Below are positions 1 to 9,183 of a DNA stretch of 44,940 nucleotides, piece after piece (the stretch's first letter is position 1; the number at the start of each line of letters is the position of its first letter). The notes beneath the pieces are model-generated. The model was not told the origin of the DNA. It ran no database searches and saw only the letters and a program-made list of their open reading frames with translations. This stretch comes from a virus (lineage: Duplodnaviria > Caudoviricetes). The stretch spans positions 1-44,940 of the IMG/VR virus record IMGVR_UViG_3300006867_000019. One strand, given 5' to 3'. The position numbers and the translations under genes were made by a program.

Positions 1-29
1 TTTACAAAACCAAAAATCCGTGGTATAAT
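1..29 (+). promoter_or_regulatory. sigma70-type (early) promoter
   Basis: TTTACA(1-6)-17 nt-TATAAT(24-29) with TG extended -10; GAGGAG RBS at 45-50 upstream of ATG 61. Confidence 0.75.
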
Positions 30-60
30 AAAGAGTCCACTTTTGAGGAGCAGGGTATAC

Positions 61-501
61 ATGAAATATTTTATTAATGGAACAAGAAGAGGTCTTGGAA
101 AGTATTGGATTGACCGATATCCAAAAAAGTGTGTTGCTACCATGGAAGATTGTGAGGTATTTATTAACAATAAACATGATGGATATCTACAAGTACATCG
201 TCTGTATCAAGCAGCAGAATTAGGTAAACGTATTATCAATATAGGTTCTGCTGGATCTGACTGGACTAAAGGATATAAAAACAATTTCCGATATGGGCTC
301 GAAAAGAAACAGTTAAGAGATGCCAATGATGCACTATTCTGGCAAAACGTGGACACAACCATTATTAACTTTGGTTATTTCGATACAGAAAGATCTGCAC
401 ATAAGGATGTTCCAAAGATGAGTCTTGATTATGTCCACGATGTAATTATATGGGTACTAGATCAGCCCCATAGAATTAAAGAAATTACGGTCACTCCCTA
501 A
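61..501 (+). CDS. short-chain dehydrogenase/reductase-like protein (small, degenerate)
   Basis: INGTRRGLG Rossmann-like motif, FINN, IINIGS, YxxxK (YGLEK); start moved to ATG 61 after the RBS. Confidence 0.6.
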   Translation: MKYFINGTRRGLGKYWIDRYPKKCVATMEDCEVFINNKHDGYLQVHRLYQAAELGKRIINIGSAGSDWTKGYKNNFRYGLEKKQLRDANDALFWQNVDTTIINFGYFDTERSAHKDVPKMSLDYVHDVIIWVLDQPHRIKEITVTP

Positions 502-668
502 CTTAAGTTTTTGACTTCTTGCATCTCAAATATTTGATCGTCTAAAAATTTTTGTTTCTTTAGAATTTTATACATACGGTCTGTTCTGCCTTGTTTCCTA
601 TATCTTTCTGCATAATAACCTAACTTTTTTGAATCTTTTTTTAAACGATCTATTTGGATTGATAACAT
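498..668 (-). CDS. small basic hypothetical protein (56 aa, not in ORF track)
   Basis: Read by hand: MLSIQIDRLKKDSKKLGYYAERYRKQGRTDRMYKILKKQKFLDDQIFEMQEVKNLS*, AAGGA RBS upstream. Confidence 0.65.
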   Translation of the reverse strand: MLSIQIDRLKKDSKKLGYYAERYRKQGRTDRMYKILKKQKFLDDQIFEMQEVKNLS

Positions 669-698
669 GTAATTTTATCCTTAGTGGTTAATAGAAAT

Positions 699-732
699 AA
701 AAAAGGGACGGACCACAAAAGTGGCACGCCCC
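699..732 (-). terminator. intrinsic terminator
   Basis: Minus strand GGGGCG-TG-CCAC TTTT GTGG-TC-CGTCCC followed by a T run. Confidence 0.65.
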
Positions 733-768
733 AAAGTTAAAAAGTATTATCCTTTTTCCTAGTTACAC

Positions 769-1185
769 TCATATAAGATTTGGAAATACCTCCTTTACAA
801 GTTTAGGTGTGAGTCCAGTTGCTAGGGTTTTATCCTTATTAATCATTTTAACCACTAGCTCTGCATCTTGGGGATGAATTGATTCTAGTATACCCAAGAA
901 GATCTTTTCTCTTTTATAGGCTGGCATTTTAGTACCTGGACCACCTGGTACAAAAAACTTCAACTGTTTGTGCTGTTTTTTCCAGTTTGAAGGTGCATTG
1001 TGTTCTTGACAAGGTGTGTATGGTACTTCGCCTTTTGGCAAGAGAAATTCAAGTGAGTCATCGAAGGTTCCCTTTATAAGATCCTTCATTGCCCATTCGT
1101 CTTTATTTTCAAGTAAGATATCTTTCTTAGCGGCTCTTGTTTTAGCCTTACTCACTGCTTCAAATATTTCATATATGTATCTCAT
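769..1185 (-). CDS. conserved T4-like phage hypothetical protein downstream of RNase H
   Basis: 138 aa ORF coupled to rnh (TAATG overlap); LPxGxVPY and KRExxFxxxLExxHPxDA motifs recalled from marine T4-like phages. Confidence 0.7.
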   Translation of the reverse strand: MRYIYEIFEAVSKAKTRAAKKDILLENKDEWAMKDLIKGTFDDSLEFLLPKGEVPYTPCQEHNAPSNWKKQHKQLKFFVPGGPGTKMPAYKREKIFLGILESIHPQDAELVVKMINKDKTLATGLTPKLVKEVFPNLI

Positions 1186-2045
1186 TAAAAAAATTCCTCA
1201 ACACTTTCTAACAATAATCTGCACCGTTTTTGAACAAGATAGGGAAAGATTTTACCTTTTAATTCCCAACGGTTATTCTGCGATTCAAAGGTATTTATAA
1301 TTTGAAGTCTTGTGGATTCAGGCAAATCGTGTTTTTTATCGGTAAGTGAAACTAATTTCTCGTTACGTAGATAGTTCCGATATATTGTTTCCCCAAGAGA
1401 TTTAGGATCCTCTAGTAGTGCTTCACGCTTTTTCTTGGATAGAGGTGTCTGCCGTTTTGATTCATTAATAAATGTGTCATCATCGGACAGTACATTAGGT
1501 ACTCCATCACCTGGACAGCCTTTAAGGATATGTTCCATACGATAATCTTCAGCAGAAGGTTCTGCTTTGACAAATTTTTTAGTCACAGGCGAATACTGTT
1601 TCACATTATCATAGACCTGTAACTGTTTAAAATCATGGTCGCCTGATACGATCATTACGGGTTCGTATTTACCAAACTCTTGTGTCTGTTGGCATAGTGT
1701 AGCAATAACATCGTCCGCTTCACATCCCCACTGGTGAATAACACGCCAGTGAAAGTTTTCTTCGATTTCCTCACGTACCATATGTATGATACGAAAAACC
1801 TCTGTCCAATCAATTGTAGAATCTTCACGATTCTTTTTACGTGCTGCTTTATATTCAGGAAATACATCTTTACGCCAGTTGCCACCAGCATCCGATGCAA
1901 TAACCATTTCACCATACTCTTTAAATTTATTTTTATACATACGGAGAGAGTTAAGAATCATGTGTCTGAGAAGGTTCTCATCTGCAGCAAGTTTCTGCAC
2001 AACAAAGTTGCCGATTGCGATGGCATTATAGTCTACAATAATCAT
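1185..2045 (-). CDS. rnh: T4-type RNase H / 5'-3' exonuclease
   Basis: IIVD start, WRKxxFPEYKAxR, EADDVIA, SGDHDFKQL, GCPGDGVPN motifs of the FEN/T4 RNase H family. Confidence 0.92.
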   Translation of the reverse strand: MIIVDYNAIAIGNFVVQKLAADENLLRHMILNSLRMYKNKFKEYGEMVIASDAGGNWRKDVFPEYKAARKKNREDSTIDWTEVFRIIHMVREEIEENFHWRVIHQWGCEADDVIATLCQQTQEFGKYEPVMIVSGDHDFKQLQVYDNVKQYSPVTKKFVKAEPSAEDYRMEHILKGCPGDGVPNVLSDDDTFINESKRQTPLSKKKREALLEDPKSLGETIYRNYLRNEKLVSLTDKKHDLPESTRLQIINTFESQNNRWELKGKIFPYLVQKRCRLLLESVEEFF

Positions 2046-2075
2046 AATTTACCTTTCAGCTTGACTGTCGATACT

Positions 2076-2107
2076 ATTATAACACATAGTAAGGTGCGTG
2101 TAAACAC
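2076..2107 (-). promoter_or_regulatory. T4-like early promoter
   Basis: Minus strand GTGTTTACA-17 nt-TATAAT upstream of rnh. Confidence 0.8.
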
Positions 2108-2527
2108 TTATTTTAAACTTTTTACATGAGTTCTGTGTATCTTACAATTTATGATACCATTGTAGTATGAATCATCTAACAGTACACGTCTATCAAACTG
2201 CTCTTTTGCTTCAAGGTATGACATCTCACCTTTTGATTTACAGAGATGTAATATCTCACGATAAAAGCTTTGTTCTCCATTTTCTTGTAGCATCTGTTTA
2301 ACTTGATCAGATGATCCATAGTAAGACTGCCAGTCTGATTCGATAATGCTACGTCTCTTTCTGGTTTTTCCTTTAAGTGGCGGAAGTGTTTTCTTTGACC
2401 AGAATCCTTTTTTACCCACGTACTTTTTGTTATTGGTAAGATCCGTGATGACGTATACAAATCCTTGATATTCTGATATGTGTTCGTTGCTGAAAGGTTC
2501 ATCTTTATAATACCACATCACATCCAA
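2108..2527 (-). CDS. GIY-YIG family endonuclease
   Basis: GFVYVITDLTNNKKYVGKK, YYGSS, conserved E and YYN; true start may be 2518 (MWYY). Confidence 0.8.
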   Translation of the reverse strand: MDVMWYYKDEPFSNEHISEYQGFVYVITDLTNNKKYVGKKGFWSKKTLPPLKGKTRKRRSIIESDWQSYYGSSDQVKQMLQENGEQSFYREILHLCKSKGEMSYLEAKEQFDRRVLLDDSYYNGIINCKIHRTHVKSLK

Positions 2528-3105
2528 TCCTTTACGATGCCGATAGCTTCATCTAGCTTGTCGGCTTTTAAAGAAAAGGATCCTATGACTCTATGCTTAT
2601 CAGAATTGTTTATCCATCCATGAGGAAATTTTGTGTTTAAAATAAGTGGTTGATCAACAGTTACTTTTTCAAAATCTTTTTCTCTGTAAGAAAATCTATT
2701 GCTCTCTAAACCATTGAGAATAACGGTCTCTGTCCATTTATAACTTTTATATTCTCTGTGATAACCACACAAGAATGGGCCCTTTATTGGGTCAACTTGA
2801 ATAGGAAGATTTATTGAAAAATCTCTAGATTTGTCTGTATGTATACTTGATAAATCTGAATTAGGTTTTGATACCAAAAATAGAACAGAACTTTCAAAAA
2901 AAAGATTATCTAAATTAGGCACAGCCGCAATAAACATATTGCCGAATTCACACTTACCGTATGTTATTGAAGCAATATCCTCTTCGGTAGAATATTCTGA
3001 CAAAAAATATTCTGTAACTGTATTTAAAACTTCTTTAGGAAAATTAGGAAGATATTGCCACCTAAAATCACTAGGTGCTTCAATCATCCCAATCCTCATC
3101 ATCAA
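2518..3105 (-). CDS. hypothetical protein, possible 2OG-Fe(II) oxygenase/cupin fold
   Basis: HxD (IHTD), INLPI, distal His (PHGW) and downstream Arg pattern. Confidence 0.5.
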   Translation of the reverse strand: MMMRIGMIEAPSDFRWQYLPNFPKEVLNTVTEYFLSEYSTEEDIASITYGKCEFGNMFIAAVPNLDNLFFESSVLFLVSKPNSDLSSIHTDKSRDFSINLPIQVDPIKGPFLCGYHREYKSYKWTETVILNGLESNRFSYREKDFEKVTVDQPLILNTKFPHGWINNSDKHRVIGSFSLKADKLDEAIGIVKDWM

Positions 3106-3244
3106 CTAAAGTTGCTACTGTTTGTTCTCCACACATAGGGCAGAAGTCAGGGGGATCCCCAACCTCTGCTTCAGTGAATATGTGTATAAAACTATCTTGT
3201 CCGCAAAAACTGCAATTTACTTCGTAAATAGTTTTTATTGTCAT
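3080..3244 (-). CDS. small Zn-ribbon protein (54 aa, not in ORF track)
   Basis: MTIKTIYEVNCSFCGQDS...DFCPMCGEQ...DDEDWDD*; two CxxC pairs; GAGGAG RBS. Confidence 0.75.
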   Translation of the reverse strand: MTIKTIYEVNCSFCGQDSFIHIFTEAEVGDPPDFCPMCGEQTVATLVDDEDWDD

Positions 3245-3261
3245 GCGCTCTCCTCATTTAT

Positions 3262-5484
3262 TTAAAAGGAGATTTCACATGCTCCACCTTGACATGCAAT
3301 TGCTCCCATTGTATCTATATCAGTAAACGTCTTCTGTGTTAGCTGATTATCAAAGTCAATGGGGTTCAAGTTCTGTTGGATTTTAGTCCACTTGTGTAGC
3401 AAGAAAACATCTTTCAAACAATACTCTGCCTGTTTCATATCATTCATAAAATAGTTTTCGCTAAATTTATTAAACCTGCGTACCCATTCCTTTCTTACAT
3501 CAGAAACTTCACCACCAACGGCATACTGTGCTGCAGAGGTTGCTTCCCATAGATCCCTAAACCCTGCCTTATATGTATCAACAATTAAGCCGCTGGCAAA
3601 AAGAGCACCTGCACCGTATTCTCGTACAATCTCTTCTTCTGTCTTGACTTCAGTGTTAGGAGCCTGCGCAAAGTCCTTGTCTCCAGACCCAGCAAGGAAT
3701 GAAATGCCAGAGAACGAGTGACGGTTATCAAATACATAATCCTCTACTTCTGTCCACATATGCGGCAACACTGTAATGGTATTGGATACATTGTGGCGAA
3801 TGCGTTTATCGGCGCAATGCTCTTCATTTGTACCAGCTTCTACCCAATTCTGCTGTACCAACTTTACTTTCTCAAGCAAATTAGTTCCCATCACCTCGTC
3901 ACGATACAATGATCTTTCCGGAGAAATTACTGGGAATGCCACGCAATAGTCCGTATTATTATTTGACCAAACTGATTCATCCACCATGTATGGATTAGAC
4001 TTTGCGATCAACTGAGCAACTTCGGACTCTTTATTTAACTGAATGTGGCGCAGATAACGAGGTGAGTGTTCAGCATGAATGCCAGATGCAGTCTGTAGAA
4101 GCACAGATGCGTTACCACTTGGTTTCACACAAGTAGTACGTGCTGCTGGATTAATACCGATAAGTTTCGCAACTTCTTTATTTACTGCCTTTACAATAGA
4201 AGCACCTTCACTTTGCACATCAGCATCAAACAATACATCTGGGTTATTCATCCAGCCAGTAACTGAAACACCTAAGAGCGCTTCACGTTCAAAGATTGCT
4301 TTAGAAGTTCCGCTGAGGTATTTGAAGTCTGTATATCCTGCTTGGAGAGTTCCGAGGATTGCGCCTGCTCTACATGCTTTAAAGAATTCGGCTTCTGTTG
4401 TACATTTTCCGCCATTGATTTCTGTAAGGTTACATCCTTGCCATCCTGACTCTCCATCAATCTGAGGATACATTCCAATCTCAACACAAGGGTTCGTAGT
4501 GAAATCTCTGTCATCGACAAAGTAGAAACCTGGTTCTCCAAACTCTTTAATTGATTGCATGATTCGTTTAAAGTCTTCTTTAGTGACTTCATCTCTAACA
4601 ATAACAGCACTATTATTAGAACGACCACGCTGAGGATTATCAACAAACCAATTCCCAGTTTTAGCATTTACCATCTCCTCATCGTCTGCGCTGAACAGAC
4701 AAATTGTTGCAGAACGACGAACACCACCAGCGAGAACAGCATCAGCTGCATGCATTGCAATATCGTATACATCGATAGGACGTAAACGTGTTTCGCCTTT
4801 AAGAACACGAGACTGGATCAGGTGTTCAATTTTATCAAGTGATTTACGAAGCGGCTCAGGACCAGGTGCTTTGAAGCCACCAGAGATCATAGCACCTTTA
4901 GGACGAATTTGATTCAGGTCAAAATAAATTTTGCGACCTTCCATTTCAGGAAATTGTCCACCACCTACAAAATAAGATGACATGAGAGCACCAAGTGCAT
5001 CTGCCCAGCCTTCAATAGAATCCTCGACAACCCAACCTTTTGCTTGTTTTTTACGCTCAGCAACATTTGGCATTTTAGCTACGTGATGTTCTTGCACAGA
5101 GAATCCAGCACCAGCACCACATAGAAGCACATAAAACAGTTCTGAGAAGAACCTTGGGCGGTCTGCATACGATGACGTACAGTTGTACATACGCATCATA
5201 TGTTTCATAATCTGATCACCACCAAACTGTAGTGCTCTCTGTGCACCAAGTACATACTGTAGTTTGTAATATGACTCTGCTTCATTGATCAGCTGATCAA
5301 GTTCGGGTGTCATTTTATTTGAGTAAAAATTCCTATGCATGTCCATGACTCGTGTCACGGCTTCATCCCATGTTTCATACCTTTCTTTATCATCATCCCA
5401 TCGGCTATAAGCTTCATAAAATTTAGTCTGTGACATGATGTTTCGTGTGTCGCAGTCTCGGTTATTAGGTACGATTTTGAACAT
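3262..5484 (-). CDS. nrdJ: class II (adenosylcobalamin-dependent) ribonucleotide reductase
   Basis: YNC, GGVRRSA, TNPCVEI catalytic loop, CNLTEIN, KPSGNAS and C-terminal CxGGxCE; no beta subunit adjacent; start taken at ATG 5484 with GGAG RBS. Confidence 0.9.
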   Translation of the reverse strand: MFKIVPNNRDCDTRNIMSQTKFYEAYSRWDDDKERYETWDEAVTRVMDMHRNFYSNKMTPELDQLINEAESYYKLQYVLGAQRALQFGGDQIMKHMMRMYNCTSSYADRPRFFSELFYVLLCGAGAGFSVQEHHVAKMPNVAERKKQAKGWVVEDSIEGWADALGALMSSYFVGGGQFPEMEGRKIYFDLNQIRPKGAMISGGFKAPGPEPLRKSLDKIEHLIQSRVLKGETRLRPIDVYDIAMHAADAVLAGGVRRSATICLFSADDEEMVNAKTGNWFVDNPQRGRSNNSAVIVRDEVTKEDFKRIMQSIKEFGEPGFYFVDDRDFTTNPCVEIGMYPQIDGESGWQGCNLTEINGGKCTTEAEFFKACRAGAILGTLQAGYTDFKYLSGTSKAIFEREALLGVSVTGWMNNPDVLFDADVQSEGASIVKAVNKEVAKLIGINPAARTTCVKPSGNASVLLQTASGIHAEHSPRYLRHIQLNKESEVAQLIAKSNPYMVDESVWSNNNTDYCVAFPVISPERSLYRDEVMGTNLLEKVKLVQQNWVEAGTNEEHCADKRIRHNVSNTITVLPHMWTEVEDYVFDNRHSFSGISFLAGSGDKDFAQAPNTEVKTEEEIVREYGAGALFASGLIVDTYKAGFRDLWEATSAAQYAVGGEVSDVRKEWVRRFNKFSENYFMNDMKQAEYCLKDVFLLHKWTKIQQNLNPIDFDNQLTQKTFTDIDTMGAIACQGGACEISF

Positions 5485-5585
5485 TCTTTTTTCTCCAAAA
5501 GGTAGCGTATAGAAGCACATATCCGAATTCGGTATTCGGACTTCTTTTTAGCAAGGGTTGTGATAAATTAATTTTAATGTATGAT

Positions 5586-5615
5586 ATTATATATTATTCT
5601 CGGTTTCTTGTAAAC
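5586..5615 (-). promoter_or_regulatory. T4-like early promoter for RNR
   Basis: Minus strand GTTTACA-17 nt-TATAAT. Confidence 0.75.
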
Positions 5616-5675
5616 GAGAAAAACCATATAAATGTAGAAAAAAAATTAATTAATTTTCTATATGTCGCATATATG

Positions 5676-6059
5676 TTACGGGTTATTAGTTTTAGGCGTC
5701 TCTGGTTCCTCAGTGACCGCTTTTTCGTAGTACACTATAACTTCTTTTTGTTGTCCAATATAACGCTTTAGATCACCTATGTTCATCGCTAGATTTTCAT
5801 AATCACGCATAGACAAGGCAACGTATGCTACTTCACCATACTGCTCTTTAAAATCAGCAATAAATTTTTCTAGGTTATCTTCAGTAACTACCCATACACG
5901 TGTATCATTCAATTGGATCGGTTTTGGTTGTGCTACTGTCGGTATTGTCGTCGGGACTATCTTCGTTACTACTTTGACTTCCGTCTCCGGCTTCCTCGAC
6001 AGACCGCTGCAACCAGCTAGGAAGAGGGCGACTCCCACCATCAGAATTGCCGGTTTCAT
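5676..6059 (-). CDS. o-spanin-like outer membrane lipoprotein
   Basis: MKPAILMVGVALFLAGC lipobox, Pro-rich linker; overlaps the 3' end of the upstream membrane-anchored coiled-coil gene. Confidence 0.7.
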   Translation of the reverse strand: MKPAILMVGVALFLAGCSGLSRKPETEVKVVTKIVPTTIPTVAQPKPIQLNDTRVWVVTEDNLEKFIADFKEQYGEVAYVALSMRDYENLAMNIGDLKRYIGQQKEVIVYYEKAVTEEPETPKTNNP

Positions 6060-6423
6060 CCATGATTTCACGCCATAAATTAGCTGTTGCTCCATTCATC
6101 TTTCCTTCCAATGTCTCACTATTTCTGAGTGCTTCTTGAACCAGATTCAGTCTTGAAAATTTGGACCGTAGTTCATCACTGTAAGCCTCTGCTGCTTGCA
6201 GATCAGTCTGGAGTTGTTTATTTAGTTTGTTTGTTTTCTCTACAGTTGCTTGAATAGTTGCAAGACTTTCTGTAGCAGTTTCAAGTGCAACTTCAAGTTT
6301 TGCGTTGTTTTCTCTCAACGTTGCAATTGTTGCTTGTGTGCTAGTATAATATGCATAGGCACCATACCCTGCACCCCCTAGAACACCTAGGACAATAATC
6401 ATCAAGTATAGTTTGGCCATCAA
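5905..6423 (-). CDS. i-spanin-like inner membrane coiled-coil protein
   Basis: Single N-terminal TM helix and long coiled coil; Rz/Rz1-like overlap with the lipoprotein gene. Confidence 0.7.
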   Translation of the reverse strand: MMAKLYLMIIVLGVLGGAGYGAYAYYTSTQATIATLRENNAKLEVALETATESLATIQATVEKTNKLNKQLQTDLQAAEAYSDELRSKFSRLNLVQEALRNSETLEGKMNGATANLWREIMDETGNSDGGSRPLPSWLQRSVEEAGDGSQSSNEDSPDDNTDSSTTKTDPIE

Positions 6424-7253
6424 TGTGTTTCCATATACTTTCTAAACCGTTGTAACAAAATAGTTTTACCTTTTTTATATCTTCGGTCAGATACTGGAAT
6501 TGTTTCGTAGCCGTCTTTTTTCTTTTTCTTTCTAGGCCCCATGGCAGTAACAGCAGGGTTAGGAATAGAACCAATATTCACAGCAGGCGCTGCTGCATTT
6601 TCTTCTTTAATACCTTTTTGAGCTTTCATCCAGGAGGTAACAGCCCTATTTTTAGGCAATTTTTTACTCCATGCAGATATTTTTTTATAGACATCCATTG
6701 ATTGTTTTTCGTAGTCAGCACCTTCGGAATTATCAACAATGAAAAAATTACCAAAAAATGATTGGAAGTAACCAAGGTTCTTCTGAACGTCTTTCCACAT
6801 TTTTGATACTGTAGCATCTGGAAGTGAACGTGCTCTTATTTGGTTTCTTTTGAGTGCAGTATCCTCATCAGTGTTCACAAAAATCATTGCTATATCATAA
6901 CCAAGCTTTTTTAATTCCATTGCTTGTTTTTGAATTTTACCATAATCTTTACCAGTACCATCAATAATCAACCCAAGGCGACCATTTAAATAATTTTGCA
7001 TCTGGTTTTTGGTAATAGCTTTTGCTCTGATTCGGATCTCTTGGCCTTTTGGAGAATAAATATTTTCTGGGCTCATTTCCATACCAGCTTTTTTCAGGCC
7101 TCGTTCAAATGCAGGGTCAGAATTAACCAATTTCATTCCAAGTGCTGTAAGTGCAGTCTTACCTACAATAAATGATTTACCAGACCCTGGACCTCCAGCG
7201 AGAAATACCGCTTTAAAAATTCCAGGATCATTTACGCCTTCTAAAATATTCAT
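6420..7253 (-). CDS. P-loop kinase, zeta-toxin/AAA_33-like
   Basis: KAVFLAGGPGSGKS Walker A, VNSD, LIIDGT, ALKRNxxRxR lid. Confidence 0.75.
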   Translation of the reverse strand: MNILEGVNDPGIFKAVFLAGGPGSGKSFIVGKTALTALGMKLVNSDPAFERGLKKAGMEMSPENIYSPKGQEIRIRAKAITKNQMQNYLNGRLGLIIDGTGKDYGKIQKQAMELKKLGYDIAMIFVNTDEDTALKRNQIRARSLPDATVSKMWKDVQKNLGYFQSFFGNFFIVDNSEGADYEKQSMDVYKKISAWSKKLPKNRAVTSWMKAQKGIKEENAAAPAVNIGSIPNPAVTAMGPRKKKKKDGYETIPVSDRRYKKGKTILLQRFRKYMETH

Positions 7254-7257
7254 ATTA

Positions 7258-8103
7258 TTACCACTTTACCTTGTCAGCCCAATATGCAGCCGAAGATTTA
7301 CCTTTTGCAATGTTTTTTGCGTGGCGTGCTTTAAATGATTTACGTTTTGCTTTCATCCTATCAGACTCGCCTTCTTTAGGCGCGCCTGCCGTTTTAGCTC
7401 CCTGCTGACCAAAACGAATAGTTTTCGGTTTACCATCCACTTTTGTAACAACAATATGAGAACTACTTGGGTGATTAGGTGTCCGTTTTGGTTTATTAAA
7501 AGCAGAAACACCTGCTCTTTTTAAAGCAGGATGTTTTTCTTCTGTAACACTTTCCTTCATACCTTTATTTAAGATAGAACCGCGAGCAAACTTTGAACGT
7601 GCAGTAAGATCTTTATCCTTCAGACCAGCATCTTTAAGTGCAGAATTCATAGTCCATCCTGAACCAATAAGTTTATCATCTCTAATTACATAATGTGGCA
7701 TTCTTTTTTGAGAGCCAACATACCCTGTCCAAACAGTGAAGTCCTTACCTTTTGCAATCTGTGAATACTCACCAGCAGTACCTTTAGCCCTCTTTACGTT
7801 GACCGACCAAGGTTTTGAAGCGGCCATCTGATAAGGTTTTACTATACCTTCATCAACTGCTTCTGTTTTATTATACTTAAGATCATGTTTAGCTTTTACA
7901 TCACGATCTGCAACCTTTTGCATTGCTTTGCCGGCGTACTTCCAACGCTTATCAGCCTTGGCTTTATTTTTATCCCGAAGTGCAGCAGAAGCATAATCCC
8001 TTAACTTGTCAGTTGATACTTCGTCAAGTTTGGTAGTTTTTTCTCTTAGATCTTCAAAGCTTCTCATTGCCATATTTTCACGGATTTCAAAAAATGTCTT
8101 CAT
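7258..8103 (-). CDS. putative internal head protein (modular, basic)
   Basis: MKTFFEIRE capsid-targeting-like N-terminus, LDEVS module, C-terminal IRFGQQG...SFKARH...YWADKVKW domain. Confidence 0.6.
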   Translation of the reverse strand: MKTFFEIRENMAMRSFEDLREKTTKLDEVSTDKLRDYASAALRDKNKAKADKRWKYAGKAMQKVADRDVKAKHDLKYNKTEAVDEGIVKPYQMAASKPWSVNVKRAKGTAGEYSQIAKGKDFTVWTGYVGSQKRMPHYVIRDDKLIGSGWTMNSALKDAGLKDKDLTARSKFARGSILNKGMKESVTEEKHPALKRAGVSAFNKPKRTPNHPSSSHIVVTKVDGKPKTIRFGQQGAKTAGAPKEGESDRMKAKRKSFKARHAKNIAKGKSSAAYWADKVKW

Positions 8104-8681
8104 GTTAACTCCTGAGTAGTAACGTAAATATTTTGATTTGTTTTTATATGTATTGCTTCGTATATATTTATACCAAAAATATCACCAACAGGGAAACAAT
8201 TTTCTGCTATTCTAATCTGATCTTTAGGTCTTACAATATTTTCACCTGATATGTTTAATGGTTTCTCACCTTTTACTCTATAAACACCAGGCGATATAGC
8301 ACCATCTTCTAATAAGAACCACTGGCTTTCTTCCACCAAATATTCATCTGCATTCACACCAACATTTTTAAGACCTCTTTTAATAACAATATCTGGTATC
8401 GAATAATGATCCTTTAAAAGGTATAATGCAGCTGCATATGAACCTAATTTACCGGCTGGAATCAGCTTCTTAATATTAAACACGAGTCTATGAAACTTGT
8501 TGTAATAGTTCCTATAGGCTTCTCTGTTATCAACAGTATTAAGTTCAAAGTCTTTTTTCTTTCTACCTTTCTCATCAATGATACCAGCTTCATAGGCTTT
8601 TGTTTTTTCAAAAGGAGTAACAAGTAAAGCTAAAAACCTAAACGTATATAAGGTATCTGCTGCTGTCTTTAGAATACTCAT
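8100..8681 (-). CDS. conserved phage hypothetical protein
   Basis: 193 aa ORF translationally coupled in the operon; PFEKTKAYEAGIIDEKG and FHRLVFNIK motifs. Confidence 0.7.
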   Translation of the reverse strand: MSILKTAADTLYTFRFLALLVTPFEKTKAYEAGIIDEKGRKKKDFELNTVDNREAYRNYYNKFHRLVFNIKKLIPAGKLGSYAAALYLLKDHYSIPDIVIKRGLKNVGVNADEYLVEESQWFLLEDGAISPGVYRVKGEKPLNISGENIVRPKDQIRIAENCFPVGDIFGINIYEAIHIKTNQNIYVTTQELT

Positions 8682-9043
8682 TAGATTTTCCTTAATACTT
8701 CCGCAATATACTCATCTGCCCTTACATGAGTTAGCTGATTCGGTTTTAAATAATTTAAAAATAATAAAAATGATTTTACTGCCGGTAAATGTTTTTCATC
8801 TAACTTGTTTACAGTAAGTTTTAATCCAGCATATTGCCCAAACACATTAAATATTACAATAAAATGATTGAGCAATAACCTTTCACTTATTTTATCTGTT
8901 TCAAGATAACGGTTTAAAAGCCGCTTTACATATTTAAATCTTTTCAAATCATCATAAAATTCTTCTGGGTCAACTTTACCAGATGGCTTATAATAATGTT
9001 TTGCTGCAAAGATTATTAGATCACCATCTAAATCTTCATTCAT
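8681..9043 (-). CDS. conserved T4-like phage hypothetical protein
   Basis: 120 aa; EFYDDLKRFKYVKRLL...ERLLLNH motif; TAATG coupling. Confidence 0.7.
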   Translation of the reverse strand: MNEDLDGDLIIFAAKHYYKPSGKVDPEEFYDDLKRFKYVKRLLNRYLETDKISERLLLNHFIVIFNVFGQYAGLKLTVNKLDEKHLPAVKSFLLFLNYLKPNQLTHVRADEYIAEVLRKI

Positions 9044-9183
9044 TAATCTTCTTTCTTATTGCACTCACATTCACCTGGTGCACATTCACACACCTTACCA
9101 CATTCCTCACACCAGTTTGGGTCCATCATATCAGGGATGGACTTATCTGGGTTTTCTTCTGTTAAAAATGTTTTATCTGTCAT
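9043..9183 (-). CDS. Cys-rich metallothionein-like miniprotein (46 aa, not in ORF track)
   Basis: MTDKTFLTEENPDKSIPDMMDPNWCEECGKVCECAPGECECNKKED*; TAATG-coupled to both neighbours. Confidence 0.7.
   Translation of the reverse strand: MTDKTFLTEENPDKSIPDMMDPNWCEECGKVCECAPGECECNKKED

Noticed and set aside
3262-5484. Intron or intein in RNR (helicase, UvsX and ThyX also checked)
   Set aside because: Reading frames are continuous, of expected length, with no splice-junction or endonuclease motifs.
5485-5580. Cobalamin riboswitch in the RNR leader
   Set aside because: Only a simple hairpin (TCCGAAT/ATTCGGA, 5522-5540) is visible; the leader is short and lacks a B12-box.
6420-7253. Zeta toxin-antitoxin module
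   Set aside because: No antitoxin-like partner is evident and the gene sits in a virion-protein operon; only the kinase fold is supported.
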